From Polyangiales bacterium (GTDB lineage Bacteria > Myxococcota_A > Polyangia > Polyangiales > Polyangiaceae): 60,925 bases of DNA. The position numbers and the translations under genes were made by a program. The notes beneath the pieces were generated by a model that made no database searches, had not been told where the DNA came from, and saw nothing but the letters and a program-made list of their open reading frames with translations. Numbering within the stretch: position 1 is the stretch's first letter; every line of letters starts with the position of its first letter. Location of the stretch: the NCBI GenBank assembly GCA_038230375.1, contig JBBRNJ010000057.1, forward strand, positions 1-60,925, given 5' to 3'. This document shows, piece after piece, positions 18,425 through 27,794 of this stretch.

Positions 18425-19825
18425 ATGCAGACCGTCACTGTCAAGCAGGCCCTCTCCGGCGCGCTCGCCGCGGGCGAAAAAGTCAGAGTGCAAGGGTGGG
18501 TCCGCACCCGCCGGGACTCCAAGGCCGGGCTGTCGTTCGTCCATGTGAGCGATGGCTCGTGCTTCGATCCGATCCAGGTCGTCGCGCCGAACACGCTCTC
18601 GAACTACGCCAGCGAGATCCAGAAGATCACGACCAGCTGCTCGGTGGAGGCGGAGGGCGAGATCGTCCTGTCGCAAGGGCAGGGGCAGAAGGTCGAGATC
18701 CTCGCGCACACGATCCGCGTCGTGGGCTGGGTGACCGATCCGGAGGCGTACCCGATCCAGCCGAAGGCCCACAGCATGGAGTTCCTGCGCGAGGTGGCGC
18801 ACCTCCGTCCGCGCACGAACACGTTCGGCGCCGTCGCGCGTGTGCGCCACACCATCGCGCAGGCGATCCATCGCTACTTCCACGAGCGCGGGTTCGTGTG
18901 GATCAACACGCCCATCATCACCGCGAGCGACTGCGAGGGCGCCGGGCAGATGTTCCGCGTGAGCACGCTGGATGCCGTGAACCCGCCGCGCACGCCCGAG
19001 GGGAAGGTGGACTTCTCGCAGGACTTCTTCGGCAAGGAGGCCTTCCTCACCGTGTCGGGGCAGCTCGCCGTGGAGGCGTACTGCCTTGCGCTGTCGAAGG
19101 TGTACACGTTCGGTCCCACGTTCCGCGCAGAGAACTCGAACACCACGCGCCACCTTGCCGAGTTCTGGATGATCGAGCCAGAGATCGCCTTCGCCGATCT
19201 CAACGCCGACGCAGACCTGGCCGAGGACTTCCTGAAGTACATCTTCAAGGCCGTCCTTGCCGAGCGCCCCGATGACATGAAGTTCTTCGTCGATCGCATC
19301 GAGAAGACCGCCATCTCGCGCCTGGAGAAGCTCATCTCCGAGCCGTTCGAGCGCATCGATTACGGCGAGGCCGTGAAGCTCCTCGAGGCGAGCAAGAAGA
19401 AGTTCGCGTTCCCCGTCGCGTGGGGCGCGGACCTGCAGACCGAGCATGAGCGCTACCTCACGGAGGAGAAGATCGGTCGTCCCGTGGTGGTCATGAACTA
19501 CCCGAAGGACATCAAGGCCTTCTACATGCGCCAGAACGACGACGGGAAGACCGTCGCCGCGATGGACGTGCTCGCGCCCGGCATCGGCGAGATCATCGGA
19601 GGCTCCCAGCGCGAGGAGCGGCTCGACATGCTCGAGAAGCGCATGGACGAGATGAAGCTGCCGAAGAAGCCGTACGACTGGTACCTGGACTTCCGGCGCT
19701 ACGGCACGGTCCCGCACGCAGGCTTCGGCCTCGGCTTCGAGCGGCTGGTGGTGTACGTGACGGGCATCGGCAACATTCGCGACGCGATCCCGTATCCGCG
19801 CGCGCCCAAGCTGGCGGAGTTCTGA
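18425..19825 (+). CDS. asnS: Asparaginyl-tRNA synthetase
   Basis: [69 protein letters not shown]. Confidence 0.97.
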   Translation: MQTVTVKQALSGALAAGEKVRVQGWVRTRRDSKAGLSFVHVSDGSCFDPIQVVAPNTLSNYASEIQKITTSCSVEAEGEIVLSQGQGQKVEILAHTIRVVGWVTDPEAYPIQPKAHSMEFLREVAHLRPRTNTFGAVARVRHTIAQAIHRYFHERGFVWINTPIITASDCEGAGQMFRVSTLDAVNPPRTPEGKVDFSQDFFGKEAFLTVSGQLAVEAYCLALSKVYTFGPTFRAENSNTTRHLAEFWMIEPEIAFADLNADADLAEDFLKYIFKAVLAERPDDMKFFVDRIEKTAISRLEKLISEPFERIDYGEAVKLLEASKKKFAFPVAWGADLQTEHERYLTEEKIGRPVVVMNYPKDIKAFYMRQNDDGKTVAAMDVLAPGIGEIIGGSQREERLDMLEKRMDEMKLPKKPYDWYLDFRRYGTVPHAGFGLGFERLVVYVTGIGNIRDAIPYPRAPKLAEF

Positions 19826-19838
19826 GGCGTTCTGAGAA

Positions 19839-21509
19839 CTACTTCACCAGGCCCGTCGCGTCCTCGCGCGAGACAGCCGTGAGCTGCGTATGAGATGCGG
19901 TGGCGCGCTGTTCGAAGACGGGCAGCATCAGCTCGAAGCTCGCACCCTTGCCCCGCTCCGAGGACACCGTGAGCTTGCCGCCATGCCGCTCCGCGATGGC
20001 GCGGCTGATGTAGAGGCCGAGCCCCGAGCCGCGACCATGCTTCGTGGTGAAGCCGCGCTCGAAGATCTTCGGGAGGATCTCCTCCGGAATGCCGGGGCCG
20101 TCGTCCTGGACGACGATCATTGCCATGTTACCGTCGCGGCGTGAGCGCACCGTCACGCGCTTCGTGCCTTCGGCCTGCACCGCGTTGTTGAGCAGGTTGT
20201 CGACCACCTGCAGGAGCTGCATTCCGCGGGCCGAGACGACGATCTCGAGCAGGTCCGTGTCGATCTCCACGCGCCCACGCCACTGCCGCTGCATCGCCTC
20301 CGCCATCTTCTGGACGTGATCGTGCAGCTCGCACGCCACGGGCGCGGCATCCTTCTCGTACAGCTCGATGAACCAGCCGATGACGGCGCGCATCCGATAG
20401 ACGGCGTCGCGGATGTCTCGCGCCACGTCGCCTAGCTCCCCCAGGTCTGACTCCCGGGAGTGAGACTCCTCCAGGAACTGCGTGTTCGCGAGCACCGTGG
20501 TCATGGGGTTCTTCAGCTCGTGCGCGAACTCCTCCACGGCGCGGCCGAGCATGCTGCGAACGCCTGCGTCCAGCACGTCTCCGTGGATGACGCGCATCTC
20601 TTCCATTGTCCGGCGCAGCTCCGCGTTGCCTTCGCGAAGCGCGGCCATGGTGGCGGTGAGCTCCTTCGTGCGCTCGGAAACGCGCGCCTCGAGCTTGTCA
20701 TTGAGCTCCTTGATCTCGTCGTAGCGACGCTGGAAGTCGCGCTCGTGCTCCGCGAGCGCACGGCGCTGCTCCTCGGTCACCATCGTCATGTAGCGGCGAA
20801 GGCGGACCATGCGCACCTCGCGGCCCACGACCCAGCCAACGAGCGGAGCGACCGGCCAGAGCAAGCTCGGGGACACGAGCGCGCCGATGATGGCGACGGT
20901 GATGCCCAGAAAGAAGCCTATCCACGCGTACGCGGGCTCCGTTCGCCAGCGCACGTCGTAGGTGCACGCGTCTGCGCCATCGAGCGCGCACTCCGTCTCC
21001 GTGAGCTCCGCAGGGGGCATGTCGAAGATGAGGGGCACACCCTGGATCACGCCGCGCGCAACGCTGCACGAGTGCCGCTTCGTGGGCCTGCCCTGCGTGT
21101 AGCGCAGGCGAATGGTGGCGCGGCCGGGCCCCTGGAGCGTGACGTCGTAGCGGAGGTGCCGCGCGAAGAAGGCGCGCGCGCGATCGAGCCTGCGCATCAT
21201 GAACGTGGGGTTCGTCAGCGCGGAGAGGCTCATCGCGGAGAAGTCGATCCGGATCGGCACTGCCCACGTGAACGCGTCGGTCACGAATGTGGCGCCGAGC
21301 TCGGGCTCGAACGCGTCGCACGTGCGCTCGAGCACGGCGAGCGGGACCCATCCGCGGGGGTCCAGGGCCTGCTCGCGGGAGAAGCCGGAGCTCACGAGCG
21401 CGTCGTCGAACGTGGCGAGCGCGGCCGCGCGTCCGAGCTTCATCTCGGCGTATGCAAGGACCACGGCGACGAGGCGTCCGTTGATGACATGCGGCGGGCC
21501 GTCGGTCAC
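19839..21509 (-). CDS. Sensor histidine kinase with an N-terminal V4R-like domain
   Basis: C..ARG..QG...E.EC...G...C.Y..RW (V4R), TM pair, coiled coil, AHELKNP, NLLNNA, DDGPGI, FTTK, GSGLGL. GTG start overlaps the upstream stop (GTGA). Confidence 0.85.
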   Translation of the reverse strand: MTDGPPHVINGRLVAVVLAYAEMKLGRAAALATFDDALVSSGFSREQALDPRGWVPLAVLERTCDAFEPELGATFVTDAFTWAVPIRIDFSAMSLSALTNPTFMMRRLDRARAFFARHLRYDVTLQGPGRATIRLRYTQGRPTKRHSCSVARGVIQGVPLIFDMPPAELTETECALDGADACTYDVRWRTEPAYAWIGFFLGITVAIIGALVSPSLLWPVAPLVGWVVGREVRMVRLRRYMTMVTEEQRRALAEHERDFQRRYDEIKELNDKLEARVSERTKELTATMAALREGNAELRRTMEEMRVIHGDVLDAGVRSMLGRAVEEFAHELKNPMTTVLANTQFLEESHSRESDLGELGDVARDIRDAVYRMRAVIGWFIELYEKDAAPVACELHDHVQKMAEAMQRQWRGRVEIDTDLLEIVVSARGMQLLQVVDNLLNNAVQAEGTKRVTVRSRRDGNMAMIVVQDDGPGIPEEILPKIFERGFTTKHGRGSGLGLYISRAIAERHGGKLTVSSERGKGASFELMLPVFEQRATASHTQLTAVSREDATGLVK

Positions 21510-23056
21510 GTCTTCCCCTTCTGCTTGTGCTTGCGGCGGTGGAGGACTGCGTGGAGCGGCGTCTCGGTGGCCTTCGGCGTGGAAACCAACGCGCTGACCC
21601 TGGCGATCACGCTCGCGGTCACGCGCGCCGGAAATAGCGCGACGCGCCCGAAGAGCAGGAGGGCGCGGGGCCATTCCGCGGGCACGTCCGGCGTGGGCGC
21701 GTCGTGCTCGCCCTGGTCCTCGAGGAAGGCCCCGGCCGCCAGGATCGCCGTGGACACCGCGCCCTCCATGCAGGCGAGGTCGATCTTGTTCTGGACGTAA
21801 TCGCCTGCAATATACAGGTTTCGGATCTTGGTGCGCGGCTCGGGCCGGTTGCCCCAGGCGCCGATCGTGTTGATGAAGAGCGGGACCGAGACGTTGGTGT
21901 TGAGCACCGGCGTGCCGTCCACGTCCTCGGGGTCGATCGGGAGGTACTGCATCACCTCACCCATGAGGGCCTTCGTGGCGTCTGCCTCCGACAGGCCCAC
22001 GAGCGGGGAGAAGTTCGAGGCGATGAAGGAGAGCACCGTGTTCTGGTCGCCCTTGGTGCCTCCGTCTTCGGGCTCCCAGATCTGCGACACATCGATGAAC
22101 GACAGGCCGAACGCGCCGTCGTGGAAGAACACGTGCTCGCGCTTGATACCAGGGAGCTTCTTCTTCAGGCGCACGTGGAGCGCGCTCATGGGACGCGACT
22201 CCAGATCGTGGATGTTGCCCAGCGCCGGATCACCTTCGAAGACCGGCCCGTCGATGAAGTTGCGCGTGACCTCGAGCGGCGTTGCGATCACGAACGCGTC
22301 GGCCTGGCGCGGCGCGGCTTCGCCGTCGACCTGCACCGACTTCACGGCACCGGCCTCCATGTTGATGGCGGTGACCTTCTTGCCCAGTCCCACCGTGACG
22401 CCTGCGGCGCGAACGGTCTTCGCGATGGGCTCGATGTACGTGGTCTGCAGATCGCCCGGCAGCACCGAGAGGAACGGCGAGGGCTGCTTGATCCAGTAGC
22501 TGGCGATGCGCTTCGCGGTCATCGCGCTCATCTCGTACGCGGGGATCGCGGAGGCCTTGAGCAGGTTCTCCTGGTTCATCTCCGCGACCTCTTCGGTCAT
22601 GTACCAGGCCTGGCGCATGAGGCCGACCTGGCTCACGCGATCGAGCAGCCGCTTGTCGCTAAGCGACTTGCTCATCAGCTCCAGCGTGAACGAATAGAAG
22701 AGGATCGTCTGGTACCAGGGCAAGAGGCCGTGCGTCAGGTTGTAGACCGTGGCCGCGAAGTCCTTCGGGCCGCGCACCGTGACGACGTTCGGGAACTCGC
22801 CCGCGCGCAGGTAGTGGTACCGATCGAAGTCGACGAGCTTGGTCCCCACTTCATCGAGGAGCTTGCGGACGTTCGGGTACCACGCGGGGAACACGTGATA
22901 GCCGTGCTCCACCAGGCGACCGCCCTTCATGTCCGCGCCGGCCTTGCCGCCGAGCCGACCTGACGCTTCGAGGATGGTGACGTCGTGACCCCGCTTTGCG
23001 ATCTCTCGAGCGGAGATCATGCCGGCCAGTCCACCACCCACCACGATGATCTGCAT
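21506..23056 (-). CDS. FAD-dependent oxidoreductase (carotene desaturase/HpnE-like amine oxidase family)
   Basis: GGGLAG, LGGKA, EHGYHVF, NLYIAGDY, ACMEGAV. Confidence 0.8.
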   Translation of the reverse strand: MQIIVVGGGLAGMISAREIAKRGHDVTILEASGRLGGKAGADMKGGRLVEHGYHVFPAWYPNVRKLLDEVGTKLVDFDRYHYLRAGEFPNVVTVRGPKDFAATVYNLTHGLLPWYQTILFYSFTLELMSKSLSDKRLLDRVSQVGLMRQAWYMTEEVAEMNQENLLKASAIPAYEMSAMTAKRIASYWIKQPSPFLSVLPGDLQTTYIEPIAKTVRAAGVTVGLGKKVTAINMEAGAVKSVQVDGEAAPRQADAFVIATPLEVTRNFIDGPVFEGDPALGNIHDLESRPMSALHVRLKKKLPGIKREHVFFHDGAFGLSFIDVSQIWEPEDGGTKGDQNTVLSFIASNFSPLVGLSEADATKALMGEVMQYLPIDPEDVDGTPVLNTNVSVPLFINTIGAWGNRPEPRTKIRNLYIAGDYVQNKIDLACMEGAVSTAILAAGAFLEDQGEHDAPTPDVPAEWPRALLLFGRVALFPARVTASVIARVSALVSTPKATETPLHAVLHRRKHKQKGKT

Positions 23057-23196
23057 CTGATCTTTCTCCGAGGCGAAGGGTCAGCGTATATCGGTCCACG
23101 ACGGGCTTGTTGGGAATGGCGGGGGAACTTGTCCCCCGTTCATGCGACACGCTCCTCGAGTCCGCCTAGCCGTTTTGGGATGGGTGCAGCCCTTGT

Positions 23197-24417
23197 TCAG
23201 GTGCCATCCAGCTTGTCCGCGCGGTAGAGCTTGGGGAAGAGCAGGACCCAGATGGCGACCACGACGCAGGTGCCCACGCCTCCGACCACCGTGGCAAAGC
23301 GTGGGCCAAGCCAGGTCGCGGTCACGCCGGACTCGAACTCGCCGAGCTCGTTCGACGCGCCAATGAAGACTTGATTCACGGCGCTGACGCGACCACGCAT
23401 CGCATCCGGTGTGCTCATCTGCACCAGCGTCTGTCGCACCACCACGCTGATCATGTCCGCGGCGCCGGTCACGAAGAGCGCGACCAGCGAGACCACGAAC
23501 CATCGCGACGCACCGAACGCGATCGTCGCCAGGCCGAAGAGGAAGACGCACGCGAACATCTTCCGACCCGCGCCGGTCACGATCGGGAACCGTCCCACCA
23601 GCGCCGCACAGATCGCGGCGCCCACGCTCGGCGCGCTACGAAGCACACCATAGCCCCACGGTCCCACGTCGAGCTCGCCCGCGAAGAAGGGGAGCAGCGC
23701 CGTGGCGCCGCCGAGCAGCACGGCAAAGAGATCGAGCGAGATGGCGCCGAGCACCACCTTGTTGCCTGCCACATAGCGGATGCCCGCGAACAGAGTCCCG
23801 AGGCCGCGCTCCTTCGTTGGCTCCGCGGCGCGCGGAGGCGAGCGCACGCCCGCCATCAAGACGATGGACACGAGCAGCGCGACGAGCGCGGTGCCGTACG
23901 CGAGGTTCGGTCCGCGGCCGGCAGACACGAGCAACCCGCCCACCATGGGCCCCGCGATCATCGCCAGCTGCCAGGCCGAGGAAGACCACGCGATGGCCTT
24001 CGCGAGCTGCTCCTTCGGCACCAGCGTCGCGCTGAGTGACTGTCCCGCGGGACCACCGAACGCACGCGCGGTGCCGAGCATCGCCAGGACGCCGTACGTG
24101 AGGATCATGCGCCCGTGGGACAGATGAAACACCGTGTTCGAGAGCAGGAAGATCGCCGCGGCAAGCGCCACCATCGCGTGACATACGAGCAGGATCTTGC
24201 GGCGGTCGAACGTGTCGGCGACCTTCCCGGTCACCAGCGAGAGCGCGAACATCGGCAAGAATTGCGCGAGCCCCACGAAGCCGAGCCCGAGCGGCTGATG
24301 TGTGTCCTCGAAGACCTGCCACGCCACCGCGATTCCTTGTATCTGCGAGGCGACGATGAACAGCAGGCGTGCGGCCTGGTAGCGGACCCACGCATCGTTC
24401 TCGCGGAGATCTGCCAC
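23197..24417 (-). CDS. MFS transporter (EntS/DUF894-like)
   Basis: G.VAD.FDRR, LDLFAVLLGGATALLP, MRGRVSAVN..FIGASNELG.FESG, multiple TM helices. Confidence 0.9.
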   Translation of the reverse strand: MADLRENDAWVRYQAARLLFIVASQIQGIAVAWQVFEDTHQPLGLGFVGLAQFLPMFALSLVTGKVADTFDRRKILLVCHAMVALAAAIFLLSNTVFHLSHGRMILTYGVLAMLGTARAFGGPAGQSLSATLVPKEQLAKAIAWSSSAWQLAMIAGPMVGGLLVSAGRGPNLAYGTALVALLVSIVLMAGVRSPPRAAEPTKERGLGTLFAGIRYVAGNKVVLGAISLDLFAVLLGGATALLPFFAGELDVGPWGYGVLRSAPSVGAAICAALVGRFPIVTGAGRKMFACVFLFGLATIAFGASRWFVVSLVALFVTGAADMISVVVRQTLVQMSTPDAMRGRVSAVNQVFIGASNELGEFESGVTATWLGPRFATVVGGVGTCVVVAIWVLLFPKLYRADKLDGT

Positions 24418-24469
24418 AGCTTCTTTCCTTTACCGAGAACACGATGCGCTTCACACTGTCTTCTGACCC

Positions 24470-25663
24470 ATGCCTCTCGAAAAGAAGCGCTCCACGAAGC
24501 CCCTGCTTGCGCTCGCGTCCACCCTCGCGCTCTCGATCACGCTCGCGGTCGCGTGTGACGACAACCCGGGTGGCGGCCTTGGCCCGGGCCAGGGGGCAGG
24601 CGGGAGCGGATACGGAGTGGGCGGCGCCGGTGCCGATGCGGGACCCGCGGGCGCGGCATCGCAAGCGGAGAGCATGTACCGCGCGCTCGAGCCGGACCTG
24701 GTGAAGACGTGCGGCGGGCCATGCCATGGTGCCGCGACCTCTGGCGGCAACCCACCGCTGTGGCTTGCGCCTCCCGACACGTACCTCTCGGTGAAGGCGT
24801 TTCAGGGGGCGATCGTCCCCGATCCGAACGGGAGCAAGCTCATGACCAAGGGGCCGCATGCTGGCCCGTCGCTCACCACCGGCACGTACAAGCCGCTCGG
24901 TGATCGTGTGCTCACATGGCTCACGCAGGAGTCACTCGTCCTCTCGCTGAAGCAGCTGCCCGAGACCGATCCCTTCACCGTCGCCACGGGCGCCAACACG
25001 GTCGACGTCACGAAAGGCGAGACGGACACCGATGGCGGCGTGAAGCTCACCGGCGCGAAGGTCACGTTCACCGCGGCCAAGAGCGGCACCATCCTGACGC
25101 TGACGAAGATCACGTTCGTGGCGCCCGGTGGCTCGGGTGCGCGCGTGGCGCATCCACTGTTCGTGGTCGTGCCGGCCATGGGCCCGCAGAAGAACGATCC
25201 TGTGGACACGTTCTCGAACCTGGACATGAGCGTGCCCGCCGGGCAGTCCGTGGCGCTCGGTACGGGCGACCTGTTCCTCTTCGACTGGCAGGACTCGAAC
25301 AAGCTGCGCATCGCGTTCAACGTGCTGGAGTCCAAGGTCGTGAACCCCGATGCGGGCGTCGCTGGCGGCTGCAAATCCGTGGCAACGTTCACGTCCAGCG
25401 CTGCGCCGGCGATCACGAAGGACAACTGCCTGTCATGTCACGCGGGCTCGAATGCGGGAGCCACGGGCGCGCTCGATCTCTCGCAGCTGAACAAGAACGA
25501 CACCATGGCGTGCGCACAGGCGCTGAACAAGGTGACGCTCGCAAACAAGCCACAGAGCCCGCTCATCCAGGCCCCCGCAGGAAATCTGACGCATCAAGGC
25601 GGCAAGGTCGCAGACACCGCCGCGTACACAACCGCGATCACGACGTGGCTCAACAACGAGTAG
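24470..25663 (+). CDS. Lipoprotein c-type cytochrome (CX3CH + CXXCH)
   Basis: Lipobox LAVAC; CGGPCH and CLSCH; downstream HAG and HQGG as possible distal ligands. Confidence 0.7.
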   Translation: MPLEKKRSTKPLLALASTLALSITLAVACDDNPGGGLGPGQGAGGSGYGVGGAGADAGPAGAASQAESMYRALEPDLVKTCGGPCHGAATSGGNPPLWLAPPDTYLSVKAFQGAIVPDPNGSKLMTKGPHAGPSLTTGTYKPLGDRVLTWLTQESLVLSLKQLPETDPFTVATGANTVDVTKGETDTDGGVKLTGAKVTFTAAKSGTILTLTKITFVAPGGSGARVAHPLFVVVPAMGPQKNDPVDTFSNLDMSVPAGQSVALGTGDLFLFDWQDSNKLRIAFNVLESKVVNPDAGVAGGCKSVATFTSSAAPAITKDNCLSCHAGSNAGATGALDLSQLNKNDTMACAQALNKVTLANKPQSPLIQAPAGNLTHQGGKVADTAAYTTAITTWLNNE

Positions 25664-25741
25664 GCCGAAGTCGAGGTCGAAGTCGAGGTCGTTGTCGAGG
25701 TCGTTGTCGAGGTCGAAGTCGAAGTCGTTGTCGAAGTCGTT
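25664..25741. repeat. GTCG(AA/AG/TT) hexamer array, 13 units
   Basis: Begins immediately after the TAG stop at 25663. Confidence 0.9.
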
Positions 25742-25787
25742 CACCACACGGTGACGGTAAGGCCGTGCTTCGGATACAACCTCACCC

Positions 25788-27767
25788 ATGCGATTCGCAC
25801 GACGCTCCGTCCCGGTGGTCCTCTTTGCGTTGCTCCTTGCATGCAGTGGCGCGTCGCGTCCCGCAGTCGCCACGGCGGACACGAAGCGGTCACCACCACC
25901 GGATGAACATCCCCTGGTCCCGTACGACCTGAAAGACGACGCGGACTACACGCGCGCGCTCCGCGAGTTCTATACGAAGTACGAGTTCCGCATTCCCATG
26001 CGCGACGGCAAGCTTCTCTTCACCGACGCGTACGTCCCCAAGGATCACTCGCACACATACCCGATCATCATGCTGCGCACGCCGTATGGACTTGCGCCGT
26101 ATGGGGTGGACAATGTCCCGCAGCCCGGCACGCGCCCACTGCCCCGCTTTGCGCCCGCGCGTGAGATGGTGAAGGACGGATACGTATGGGTCCACCAGGA
26201 CGTGCGCGGTCGTATGATGTCCGAGGGCGAGTTCGTGGACGTGCGCCCCATGTCCACCACCGGCGGCACGGACGAGAGCACCGACGCGTACGACACCGTC
26301 GACTACCTCGTGAAGAACGTGCCGAACAACAACGGCAAGGTCGGCGTGTGGGGCATCTCGTACCCCGGCTTCTACGCCGCGCAGGCAGCGGTGAACGCTC
26401 ATCCCGCGGTGAAGGCAGTCTCGCCGCAGGCGCCGGTGACGGAGTGGTTCCTGGGCGACGACTTCCACCACAATGGCGCGTTTTTTCTGGCCGACTCGTT
26501 CGACTTCACTGCCAGCTTCGGCAAGCCGCGTCCTGAGCCCGTGAAGAAGTGGAGATGGGAAGAGGGGGAGCCTTCGGATGCTTACGATTTCTTCCTGGCG
26601 CTCGGCCCCATCGAGAACACGCAGACGAAGTATCTGAAGAACGGCATCCCCTTCTACAACGACCTCTTCGCGCACCCGAACCGCGACGCCTTCTGGAAGG
26701 CGCGGGACCCACGCCCGTTCTACAAGAACGCGAAGCCCGCGATCATGACGGTGGGCGGCCTCTTCGACGCGGAGGACCTGTGGGGCGCGCTCGAGACGTA
26801 TCGCTCCTACGAGAAGCAGAGCCCGGCGACCGCGCAGAACACGATCGTGCTCGGCCCGTGGCGCCACGGCGGCTGGCTCCGCACCGATGGCGACGTGCTC
26901 GGCGACATCCGGTTCGGCGCGAAGACGTCTCTCTTCTTCCAGAGCCAGATCGAGGCGCCGTTCTTTGCGCGCGCGCTCAAGGGCAAGGACGTCGCGCGGC
27001 CGAAGGAGGCATGGGTCTACGACACGGGGCTCTGCGAATGGCGTGGGCACGAGGTGTGGCCGCCGCGCGCAGCGAAGCCCGTGTTCCTCTCGTTCCGCAC
27101 GCACGGCGCTCTCTCTGCCGCGCCCCTGGGCGACGCCGACGTGGGCGAGGGGAGTGACGCCTATCCGAGCGATCCGGCGAAGCCGGTCCCGTACCGCGCG
27201 CGCGCTTCGTCCACCATCGACGAGGACTACATGACGGACGACCAGCGCTTCGCATCGCGCCGTCCAGACGTGCTGGTCTACCAGACGCCGCCGCTCACGG
27301 ACGTGGCGGAGCTTGTCGGGCCCATCACCGCGGACCTGTGGGTGGACACCACCGGCACGGATGCAGACTTCATCGTGAAGCTCGTGGACGTGTGGCCGGA
27401 CGACGCGGAGGATCCGCAACCCAATCCGCTTGCCGTGAAGATGGCTGGCTATCAGGAGCTCGTGCGCTTCGAGATCATGCGTGGGCGCTTCCGGAATTCC
27501 TTCGAGACTCCGCAGGCGATGAAGCCCGGCGAGCCCACGCGCATCCAGCTCACGCTGCCGGACGTGGCACACACGTTCCGCGCGGGCCACCGGCTCATGG
27601 TGCAAGTGCAGAGCTCCATGTTCCCCCTGATCGATCGCAATCCGCAGACCTTCGTGGACATCTACAAGGCGAAAGAGGCTGATTTCAAGCCCGCCACGCA
27701 TCGCGTGTACCATACACGTGATCACAACTCGGGCATCAAGGTCCTCATGACCCAGGGACGGCTCTAA
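25788..27767 (+). CDS. CocE/NonD family hydrolase (alpha-amino acid ester hydrolase-like), lipoprotein
   Basis: IPMRDG..L, RTPY, QDVRGR..SEG, GISYPG, GDDFHHNGA, GPW.HG, PepX_C-type C-terminus, lipobox LLAC. Confidence 0.92.
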   Translation: MRFARRSVPVVLFALLLACSGASRPAVATADTKRSPPPDEHPLVPYDLKDDADYTRALREFYTKYEFRIPMRDGKLLFTDAYVPKDHSHTYPIIMLRTPYGLAPYGVDNVPQPGTRPLPRFAPAREMVKDGYVWVHQDVRGRMMSEGEFVDVRPMSTTGGTDESTDAYDTVDYLVKNVPNNNGKVGVWGISYPGFYAAQAAVNAHPAVKAVSPQAPVTEWFLGDDFHHNGAFFLADSFDFTASFGKPRPEPVKKWRWEEGEPSDAYDFFLALGPIENTQTKYLKNGIPFYNDLFAHPNRDAFWKARDPRPFYKNAKPAIMTVGGLFDAEDLWGALETYRSYEKQSPATAQNTIVLGPWRHGGWLRTDGDVLGDIRFGAKTSLFFQSQIEAPFFARALKGKDVARPKEAWVYDTGLCEWRGHEVWPPRAAKPVFLSFRTHGALSAAPLGDADVGEGSDAYPSDPAKPVPYRARASSTIDEDYMTDDQRFASRRPDVLVYQTPPLTDVAELVGPITADLWVDTTGTDADFIVKLVDVWPDDAEDPQPNPLAVKMAGYQELVRFEIMRGRFRNSFETPQAMKPGEPTRIQLTLPDVAHTFRAGHRLMVQVQSSMFPLIDRNPQTFVDIYKAKEADFKPATHRVYHTRDHNSGIKVLMTQGRL

Positions 27768-27794
27768 AAATAATCTTCGTGCTAGTATCGACAG

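Noticed and set aside
25664..25741. Hexamer arrays as CRISPR
   Set aside because: No 23-50 bp repeats with unique spacers and no cas genes.
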